From the NCBI GenBank assembly GCA_016928955.1, contig JAFGJV010000004.1:124001-188000 (forward strand): 64,000 bases of DNA, written 5' to 3'. A program made the translations under genes and the position numbers. The notes under the pieces were generated by a model. The model was given only the letters and a program-made list of their open reading frames with translations. It searched no databases and was not told the DNA's origin. The stretch's first letter is position 1; each line of letters starts with the position of its first letter. The DNA comes from Spirochaetales bacterium (GTDB lineage Bacteria > Spirochaetota > Spirochaetia > Treponematales > UBA12059). Shown piece by piece: positions 56,625 to 64,000 of this stretch.

Positions 56625-58177
56625 ACGAGTACGCGTGGCTTCGTTTCGTCCTTCCTCCCCTGATTGGCGCGGTCATAGGGCTCTTTACCAACTGGCTGGC
56701 CATCAAGATGCTGTTCAGGCCCCTGAAAGCCTACCGCGTGCTGGGCGTGCGCGTTCCCTTTACACCTGGCATTCTGCCCCGCGAGCGCGAAGGCATAGCA
56801 AAGTCGCTTGGCGACACCGTGTCCAAAGACCTGCTCACCGAGGAAGTGGTTGGATCGCGTCTTCGATCCCAGGAATTCAAGCATGGTCTTGAGAGCGCCC
56901 TGTGTCAGGCCGGCACGCATCTTTTGGACGCGCGGCCAGAGCAGCTGGGCGAGGGCTTCAGCCCAGAGCTTGGCTCAGCCCTCAAGGATGCGGGCCACAC
57001 GCTTCTGGGGTCGATCACCGGCTCGGATGCCTTCAGGATGGCCACGGACGCGGCGCTAGCCGTGGCTATTAGGGAACTTGGCCCCTTGAGCCTGGGCGAC
57101 CTGGCCAAGACCCCGGGAAAGCTTCCGGCCGCCGTCGGTATGCGGCCCGAATTCAAGGACGCCCTGTCCAAGGCAGTGGCAAACGCCCTTATGGCCTGCC
57201 TGGACGCCGCGCGGGCAAACGGCGGCTCCCTGTCTGCCATACTGCCAAAGGTTGCCTTGGTGTCACTGTCAGCAAAGGCGGCCAATGCGTCCTATCCGGC
57301 TTTGAGCCATGCCATAGCCGGCGTGCTCACCGATCCAGCCATCAGGACAAACCTGGAGAAGGCTGGCGCCCGCCTGGTCAGGTCCACCCTGGAGCGCTTT
57401 TCAGCCTTCCAGCGCTTCTTCATCACCCTGGGACGCTATGACGAGGCCATCCTTGAGAAAATGCCAGAGACCATAGCCGATTTTACCAGCGCGGTACAGG
57501 GAATCCTGGATGACGAGTCCACACGGAAGGCGGCGGTCAGCCATGTGGCGGCGGCCGTGGAAGGCATCCTGGACAAGCCCCTGGACCAGTGGAAGGCTTT
57601 TTCCAGCCCGGAAGCTCTTGCCCAAAGCGCGGCCAAGCTCCAAGCCATGATCCGCTCCGCGCTGGACACCCCTCCGCCCCCGGCCAGCCCGTTTAAAGCC
57701 GTCCTGGGCTGCGTGCGCGTGGACACGGTGCTTGGGGCGTTCCCCGGCATACAGGAAGCCCTCAGCCGGTCTGCGGCCGCCTGGCTGGCATCCGTGCTTG
57801 CCCCCGGGGACGACGCCGCGCCCGCGGCCAAGGTGCTGTCTTCCATCGCGGCGTCGTTCGCGGATGCTTTTGCCCGGGGGGCCAGCGGCCACTCGCTGGC
57901 CGAGCTGTCGGGACTGGACGATGCCTGGGTGAGGAGGGTGGCGGGAGCGGCCTCAGGAGGCTTGGCAGATCTGGCCGCGCGGGAAAGCGGCGCCATACTC
58001 AAGTCGCTGGACGTGCGGAATGTGGTCGTCAACAAGGTCAATTCCCTCGAACTCATAGAGGTGGAGCGCATGCTCCTGCGGGTTATCGACCGCGAGCTCA
58101 GGGCTGTCACCTGGTTCGGCGGCGTGCTGGGTCTCCTCATAGGGGGGTCGCAGAGCCTTGTAGCCCTGTTCTGGTGA
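56621..58177 (+). CDS. DUF445-family membrane-anchored protein
   Basis: GAVIGLFTNWLAIKMLFRP, PFTPGILPR, C-terminal ELRAVTWFGGVLGLLIG. Confidence 0.88.
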   Translation: MNEYAWLRFVLPPLIGAVIGLFTNWLAIKMLFRPLKAYRVLGVRVPFTPGILPREREGIAKSLGDTVSKDLLTEEVVGSRLRSQEFKHGLESALCQAGTHLLDARPEQLGEGFSPELGSALKDAGHTLLGSITGSDAFRMATDAALAVAIRELGPLSLGDLAKTPGKLPAAVGMRPEFKDALSKAVANALMACLDAARANGGSLSAILPKVALVSLSAKAANASYPALSHAIAGVLTDPAIRTNLEKAGARLVRSTLERFSAFQRFFITLGRYDEAILEKMPETIADFTSAVQGILDDESTRKAAVSHVAAAVEGILDKPLDQWKAFSSPEALAQSAAKLQAMIRSALDTPPPPASPFKAVLGCVRVDTVLGAFPGIQEALSRSAAAWLASVLAPGDDAAPAAKVLSSIAASFADAFARGASGHSLAELSGLDDAWVRRVAGAASGGLADLAARESGAILKSLDVRNVVVNKVNSLELIEVERMLLRVIDRELRAVTWFGGVLGLLIGGSQSLVALFW

Positions 58178-58301
58178 AAACGCCTGGCGCTGAGCTCCGA
58201 AGGCAGGAGGGACCAAAGGATGGCTTTCCGCTATGGCGAACCGGTACAGGATTCACTATACTGGCTCGTGGGCCCGGGCCGCAGCCCGGAGCGGGGCGGT
58301 G

Positions 58302-59330
58302 ATGGAAAATCCAGCGCGTATATTGATAGTAGACGATGATAAAACAAATCTAGACGCAGCCAGGGCCTCGTGCGGCTCCGATATCGAGTTTCGCCTGGCG
58401 ACCCTGTCCCGGGACGCCATGGAGGAACTTGAAGGATGGAATCCTGCCATCGTGTTCCTTGCCCTGGATCTTCCTGACGATCCACGCAGGGAATTGTGCT
58501 CGCGAATGCGCGCTGCCCGCGCTCGCATGCCCCTCCAGATAGTACTCATGTCCGCCACCGAGCACGCGGAGTCGCTGGACTCCATCCTGTGCACGGGCGC
58601 CGACGATTTCATCCGCACGCCCTTTGAGGGACTGGAATTCGCGCTCAGGCTTAAAGCCGCCACCATGCGACTTGCCGCCCAGGAGCAGTTGGTAGCCGAG
58701 CGGGAGTTTTACAGGCAGGCGGTCAGACAGGAAGAGGAGCTGTCCAGCAAGCTGTTGGACAAGCAAATGAACCTGAGGGAAACCCTTGCAGTCTTTACGC
58801 AGAAAAAGCGCGTCGTGGACACGGAGGACAAACGGCTGGCCGCGGACGCTCGCTACGACGTGCTGACCGGCCTTTTGTCCCGCCAGAGCCTTGCCTCGCG
58901 CATAGAGCTCGAGGTGCGGCGCGCCGGGACCGAGGACCATCCTCTGTGCGGCATCATGGTCGACCTAGACCGCTTCAAGTCAGTAAACGACGACTATGGC
59001 ACCCTGGCGGGCGACGAGACCCTGCGTTCAGTGGGCGAGGCCGTCCGCGCGAGCCTCCGGAAAGGCGACTACGCCGGCCGATTTGGCGGGGAGGAATTCT
59101 TTGCCATACTGCCGGGAGCCAGGCTTGACGTGGCCCTTACCGTGGCTGAACGCATACGCTCGCGCGTGGAGGCGGGCAAGATACGGCATGAGGGCAAAAC
59201 CTTCCAGGTGACCGTATCCCTGGGCGTGGCCGAACTCAAACCGCGGGAAGTGCCCGGTGAGTGGGTGGCACGGGCGGACTCGGCCATGTACCGGTCAAAA
59301 CAGCTTGGCCGCAACCGCGTGGAAGCCTGA
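58302..59330 (+). CDS. Diguanylate cyclase with an atypical receiver domain
   Basis: ILIVDDD, GADDFI, DVLTGL, DLDRFKSVND, RKGD, GGEEF, ADSAMYRSKQLGRN; alternative start at 58233. Confidence 0.9.
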   Translation: MENPARILIVDDDKTNLDAARASCGSDIEFRLATLSRDAMEELEGWNPAIVFLALDLPDDPRRELCSRMRAARARMPLQIVLMSATEHAESLDSILCTGADDFIRTPFEGLEFALRLKAATMRLAAQEQLVAEREFYRQAVRQEEELSSKLLDKQMNLRETLAVFTQKKRVVDTEDKRLAADARYDVLTGLLSRQSLASRIELEVRRAGTEDHPLCGIMVDLDRFKSVNDDYGTLAGDETLRSVGEAVRASLRKGDYAGRFGGEEFFAILPGARLDVALTVAERIRSRVEAGKIRHEGKTFQVTVSLGVAELKPREVPGEWVARADSAMYRSKQLGRNRVEA

Positions 59331-59361
59331 CCGACCATCCAGCGGGTAGGCAGCCCGTCCA

Positions 59362-60681
59362 TCATCGTTCCTTGAGTACCATGGCAGCCTCCGCGCAGAG
59401 ATAGAAGGAACCGGTGACCAGGAGGGGAAGCCCTTCCTGAACAGCAGTATCCATGGCGGCTTGCACGGCCTGCCGCGTGTCCTCCATGGCGCGTACAGAA
59501 TATCCGCGCTCCTCAAAGGCCTTCGTTATTCTCGGAAGGTCGCTTTCCTTGAACGTGCCCGGTTTCGTTACGACCACCATGGATGCCACCTCCGACAGGG
59601 CATCGGCCATGGCTTCGGGGTTCTTGTCCTTGGCGCAGCCAAAGAGGAGTACGGCGCGGCCGCCGAACACGGTCTTAAAATCCGATGCGCAGGCGGCCAC
59701 GGAGTCAGGGGTATGGGCTCCGTCAAGGATGACGTCCGGCGTGCCGCGCATGATTTCAAAGCGGGCGCTGAGGCGGGCTTCAGCGAGCCCGCGCCTAATG
59801 GTATCGTCGTCCACGCCCAGGCCCCGGGCGCACAGTGCGGCCACGGCTGCGTTCCTGGCCTGCACGGTCCCCACCAACGGCGTTCTCAGGCGGAGCCCCG
59901 ACCACGAAGCGTCTTTGGGGCTGAGGGTAAACTCGGTGCCGTCCGGACTCAGGCGCAGGTCGGTGATGCTAATCTCGTCGTCAAGCACATGGACGGGCGC
60001 GTCCAGGCCGCGGGCCGTGGACCGTATGACGTCCAGGGCGTCAGGACGCAGGGCGCTCACATATACAGGAATTCCTGGTTTTATGATGCCGGCCTTCTCG
60101 GACGCGATCTTCGGTATGGTGTCGCCCAGGATTTCCGTATGCTCAAGCTCTATGGGCGTAATGACGCAGGCCTCGGGCTGAATGACGTTGGTCGAGTCCA
60201 GCCTGCCTCCGAGTCCGACCTCGATGACGGCACGGCCGCAGCCCGCCCGCCTGAACGACAGGAAGGCCAGCAGGGTAAGAAGCTCGAAATACGTGGGCGA
60301 GTCGCCACCCGGGTAGTCCGACGGAACGCGGCTCTCTATGCCGGACGCCAGCTCTGTGGCGGCGGGCAGAAGGACGTCATCCCGAACCGGTGCTCCCGCT
60401 ATTCCTATTCGTTCGGTGAAGGACAGAAGATGGGGAGAGGTATACAGCCCGACGGGAGGATCGTGGCGTTGCAGGATGGCCGCCAGCATGGTGGCCGTGG
60501 ACCCCTTGCCTTTGGATCCGGCCACGTGGACAAGGCGCATGCCTGAGTCCGGGCGCCCGAAAAGGTCGCGGAGCTGGCGCATGCGGTCCAGGCGGTAGGC
60601 CACCGGGTCAAGCTTGCGCTCCATGTTCAGAAAACCGTTCAGGTATGCGTACACGTCATCAGAATTCCGGAACCGCCCCAT
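59362..60681 (-). CDS. folC: Folylpolyglutamate synthase / dihydrofolate synthase
   Basis: HVAGSKGKGST, YTSPHL, TYFE, EVGLGGRLDSTN, EKAGIIK, LDGAHT, TGSFY. Confidence 0.93.
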   Translation of the reverse strand: MGRFRNSDDVYAYLNGFLNMERKLDPVAYRLDRMRQLRDLFGRPDSGMRLVHVAGSKGKGSTATMLAAILQRHDPPVGLYTSPHLLSFTERIGIAGAPVRDDVLLPAATELASGIESRVPSDYPGGDSPTYFELLTLLAFLSFRRAGCGRAVIEVGLGGRLDSTNVIQPEACVITPIELEHTEILGDTIPKIASEKAGIIKPGIPVYVSALRPDALDVIRSTARGLDAPVHVLDDEISITDLRLSPDGTEFTLSPKDASWSGLRLRTPLVGTVQARNAAVAALCARGLGVDDDTIRRGLAEARLSARFEIMRGTPDVILDGAHTPDSVAACASDFKTVFGGRAVLLFGCAKDKNPEAMADALSEVASMVVVTKPGTFKESDLPRITKAFEERGYSVRAMEDTRQAVQAAMDTAVQEGLPLLVTGSFYLCAEAAMVLKER

Positions 60682-60700
60682 ACCGAGTCCTTTCACGAAT

Positions 60701-61540
60701 CTATGCCAGCCCCAGGACGGAGCGCAGGATGGCGGACGCCGCGTCGAGGCCCGTGGCCCGCTCCAGTTCCTCAAAGCCGGGGCAGGAATTGAGCTCGCAT
60801 ACCGAGAAGCCGCCGTCAGCTTCAAACAAGAAATCCACCGTGCCGTATACCAGTTTGGACTGGAGGAATATCCTCCTTGCCTCAGTATCGAGCCAGTCCG
60901 GCGGCGTATACCTGTCCATAATGGCGCCTGCGTGGGCGTTGGACAAGAAGCCGCCGCCCTGCCTGCGGACGCATACGGGATTGCCGGTTCCTTCCCAGGC
61001 AGCGAAAAAAAACCTCAGGTCGCGACCCTCGGTGGACGGGAGGAATTCCTGGATGATTACCCCGTCCTCCGACGCGTGTTCGCCCAGCCACTCGGACCAC
61101 CGGCCCAGGTTCTCTATCAGGGCGACGCCTCTGCCCATTTTCCCGTAGCGTGGTTTGGCTACAAAGGGAAAGGGCAAAAGCGCATCCGACGGAGACATGA
61201 TCAGGGCCGTGGACGGGTGGCGCGCTCCTATGCTCCGAAAAAAAACCGCGCTGGCCGCCTTGTCCCGCGCCAGGGCATGGGCGCAAGCGGGATTGACGCA
61301 GGGTATCCTGGCGTCCTCAAGCATGCGGTAGATATCTGTCGACAGCTCGCCACGGAGCAGGGCCGTATGACCAGAGCACGCCTTGACCACAGGCCGTGGG
61401 TCAGCCCAGGGAGGCAGGATCATGGCGTCAAAATCAAGCCCCAGTTTTGCAGCCGCCTCAAAAAGCCTCCTGGCCGGATAGAATTGTCTGAGCCAGGACG
61501 CGTCGTCGGTTTTGAGTCCGTACAATAAACGTGTGCCCAT
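60701..61540 (-). CDS. RimK-family ATP-grasp ligase
   Basis: ARDK, KPRYGKMGRGV, QEFL, GRDLR, SNAHAG, VDFL, ELNSCPG. Confidence 0.82.
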   Translation of the reverse strand: MGTRLLYGLKTDDASWLRQFYPARRLFEAAAKLGLDFDAMILPPWADPRPVVKACSGHTALLRGELSTDIYRMLEDARIPCVNPACAHALARDKAASAVFFRSIGARHPSTALIMSPSDALLPFPFVAKPRYGKMGRGVALIENLGRWSEWLGEHASEDGVIIQEFLPSTEGRDLRFFFAAWEGTGNPVCVRRQGGGFLSNAHAGAIMDRYTPPDWLDTEARRIFLQSKLVYGTVDFLFEADGGFSVCELNSCPGFEELERATGLDAASAILRSVLGLA

Positions 61541-61552
61541 GGGAGAACGCTC

Positions 61553-63742
61553 CTAGGAACGGGCGGCGGCAACGAGCCACGCCGTCGGCCAGGAGATCGG
61601 CCCCGCCAAGACCGATGTCTTGAGGGCAAGCCGAACTCGTTCCAGTTCGTCGGCCGTCATGGCGGCTGCCATGGCAGCTCCGTAGGCTGAAGTTGAGGAC
61701 AGCCAGGCATCCACGTCCTTGCCGGCCAGCTCTCTGGGGTAGCTACGGGCGACGCTGTCGATGGAATCCACGGCAAGGCCGGCCTTTTCCAGGGTGGCAC
61801 GGAAGGCGTCGGCGTCCAGCTGGGCGGATTTCAGGCCGGTATAGAAAGCGCTGTCGGCATGAGCCCACGCATCTGCGAGCCCGGCGTCGATGGCAGGCGC
61901 GGCCAGCGAGGGAAGCAGTCCGGCTGCGGCGGGCATGCGTTCCGCCAGCACAAACCGTGCGCCGCTGAAAGCCGACGCCACGGCCGACAGGGCGCGTACG
62001 GGGTCCGTGGCGGACGACAAGAATCCTATGCCAAGCACGGCCGCAACGGACGACGCGTACGGGGCCTGCTTGGCGGCATCGGCGGCTGCATCGGGGACAC
62101 AGGTCAGCACCGCGGGCTTGTGCATATCCTCCACATCACGGAAGAGGAAGGATAGGCGCTCGGCGGCGTCGGAGCCGGACACCAGTGCGCACACCGATCC
62201 CTCCGTACACAAGCGCGTCGCCTCCCTGGCAAGAAGGCCATTATCAGCGTTCAAAATTAGGACATGGTCTGTATTTGCAAGACGTGCAGCCTTGAAAACT
62301 GCATCCTTGAGTCCCTGGAACACGTGGGCCGACCCTGCCTCGGCGCGCTCGGTCCAGGCGCCCTGGCCCTTGCCTGCCATGGCTTCACCAGACAGCCAGG
62401 CGGCCAATTGGGCGTCCCGGCGGACGAGCACCTTCTCGCGAACCGCGGACTCGTACCCTTCGGCGCCCGGCTGGTAAAACAGGGCGTCGCCAAGGCTTGA
62501 TGGCAGGTAGCGCTGGGCTATCCAGTGGCCCTTGTACGCGTGCGGGTAGAGGTAGCCCTGGCCGTGTCCCAGGCCATCCGCGTCTCGGCTTGCGTCCTTC
62601 AGGTGGTCGGGAACCTCAGCGCGCTCGCGCTCTACGGCGGCAAGGGCGTCGAAATAGGCCATGGCAGAGTTGGATTTTGGCGCCGTTGCCAGGTACAGGG
62701 CGGCCTCGGCAAGGTGGAACTGGCCCTCCGGCAGGCCTATGCGCTCGTACGCTGCGGCGCACGCGTTGACCACGCCTATGGCCGACGGATCTGCAAGTCC
62801 CACGTCCTCGGCCGCCGATATGAGAAGGCGGCGGAACAGGAATCTGGGATCCTCGCCGGCGTATACCATGCGGGCCGTCCAGTACAGGGCGGCGTCCGGG
62901 TCCGAGCCTCGTATGCTTTTGATCAGGGCGCTGGCCGCGTCATAGTGGTAGTCGCCGTCCCGGTCGTACAGCACGGCCCGCTTCTGTATGCTCTCCTCGG
63001 CCGCGGCCATGGTGACCAGAATGGCTGAGCCGTCCGGTGGGGGCCAGGAGCTGGCGCTTGTTTCAACTGCCAGCTCCAGGGCGTTGAGCAAGGAGCGAGC
63101 GTCGCCGTCGGACACGTCCACCAGGTGTTCCAGGGCCCCGTCGTCAAACGCGACCTTCCAGCGGCCATAGCCGCGCTCGGCATCGGCAAGGGCCTGGGCG
63201 GCGGCCTTGGCAAGCTCGCCTGGGCCCAAGGACGCGAGCTGGAACACCCGGGAGCGGCTGACCAGCGCACGGTTGACCTCGAAATACGGGTTCTCCGTGG
63301 TGGCGCCGATCAGGATGATGGTGCCGTTCTCCACCCAGGGCAGGAGCGCATCCTGCTGGGCCTTGTTCCAGCGGTGCACCTCGTCGACGAACAAGATGGT
63401 GCGCCGGTCGTATAGATCGCGCTCGCGAGTGGCCGATTCTATGGCGTCGCGTATGGCCTGGACGCCGGACAGCACCGCGTTGATGGACACAAAACGGGAG
63501 CTGGTGCTGTTGGCTATGATCCTGGCCAGGGTGGTTTTGCCCGTACCCGGAGGGCCTGACAGGATTATGGACGACAGCCTGTCCCGCTGTATGGCCCTGC
63601 GGAGGAGCTTGCCTGGCCCGACGATGTGTTCCTGGCCTATGAATTCGTCCAGGGTGCGTGGCCGCATGCGATCGGCCAGGGGCGCGGACGTTCCGGATAC
63701 GGAACCGCCGCCCGGTGGGGCGGCGGAAAAAAGGTCGCTCAC
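61553..63742 (-). CDS. rarA: Replication-associated recombination protein RarA/MgsA with an extra C-terminal domain
   Basis: PLADRMRP, GPPGTGKTT, DEVHR, GATTENP, IKSIRGSD, EDVGLAD, YLYPH; start is GTG 63742 or ATG 63790. Confidence 0.9.
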   Translation of the reverse strand: MSDLFSAAPPGGGSVSGTSAPLADRMRPRTLDEFIGQEHIVGPGKLLRRAIQRDRLSSIILSGPPGTGKTTLARIIANSTSSRFVSINAVLSGVQAIRDAIESATRERDLYDRRTILFVDEVHRWNKAQQDALLPWVENGTIILIGATTENPYFEVNRALVSRSRVFQLASLGPGELAKAAAQALADAERGYGRWKVAFDDGALEHLVDVSDGDARSLLNALELAVETSASSWPPPDGSAILVTMAAAEESIQKRAVLYDRDGDYHYDAASALIKSIRGSDPDAALYWTARMVYAGEDPRFLFRRLLISAAEDVGLADPSAIGVVNACAAAYERIGLPEGQFHLAEAALYLATAPKSNSAMAYFDALAAVERERAEVPDHLKDASRDADGLGHGQGYLYPHAYKGHWIAQRYLPSSLGDALFYQPGAEGYESAVREKVLVRRDAQLAAWLSGEAMAGKGQGAWTERAEAGSAHVFQGLKDAVFKAARLANTDHVLILNADNGLLAREATRLCTEGSVCALVSGSDAAERLSFLFRDVEDMHKPAVLTCVPDAAADAAKQAPYASSVAAVLGIGFLSSATDPVRALSAVASAFSGARFVLAERMPAAAGLLPSLAAPAIDAGLADAWAHADSAFYTGLKSAQLDADAFRATLEKAGLAVDSIDSVARSYPRELAGKDVDAWLSSTSAYGAAMAAAMTADELERVRLALKTSVLAGPISWPTAWLVAAARS

Positions 63743-63752
63743 GGGGCTTGTG

Positions 63753-64000
63753 CTACTCCCTGCGCCAGCCGGTCCACACAGAGCCGTCATGGTAGTTTGA
63801 CCACAGGCCGTTGCCGTCAGTCAGGGCAAAGAGCGATGTGCCCGTGCCTTCCTGCAGGCTGACGATGGACTTGATGGACGCCTTGTCCAGGGTAATGGCG
63901 TAGTTCGTTGGCCAGGACACCAGGTCACGGTCGGCGTTGGGGGTGGCCGTGGCCACATCAAAGCCGGTCGCGGCGAATTCCAGGTAGCCGCCTGGCGGGG
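63753..64000 (-). CDS. 3' end of a gene extending beyond the window (beta-rich, possibly a beta-propeller lipoprotein)
   Basis: Frame ends ...SLFALTDGNGLWSNYHDGSVWTGWRRE*. Confidence 0.5.
   Translation of the reverse strand, partial: PPGGYLEFAATGFDVATATPNADRDLVSWPTNYAITLDKASIKSIVSLQEGTGTSLFALTDGNGLWSNYHDGSVWTGWRRE

Overview
GC-rich bacterial chromosomal window with densely packed housekeeping genes. Gene content points to a free-living spirochaete (Spirochaetales/Treponemataceae-like); this is an inference from the MurE motif, BMP lipoprotein ABC system, MCPs and ppdK-like locus. I found no rRNA, tRNA, CRISPR array, prophage or transposase. Genes cover peptidoglycan synthesis (murE, ddl, murD, dacA-like), rocD, queD, an orphan adenine methyltransferase, a DEAD-box helicase, add, rnz, three ABC systems, an Rrf2-nifS-nifU operon, two MCPs (one a pseudogene), two GGDEF proteins, asnS, folC, a RimK-like ligase and rarA. 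The most interesting candidate is at about 560-4250. A PPDK homologue there has lost its ATP-grasp catalytic residues but keeps intact phospho-His and PEP/pyruvate domains. It directly follows a hypothetical protein whose C-terminal domain resembles HPr and carries a His15-equivalent. Together they suggest a PPDK-derived, Enzyme I-like PEP phosphorelay. Other notable items are tandem ARG boxes before rocD next to an EDPR-type MurE, a dispersed composite palindromic repeat with covarying stems, a lipoprotein caspase coupled to a small beta-barrel gene, and a MerR regulator with an unusual 4-Cys tail. All family assignments come from by-eye motif recognition; no searches were run.
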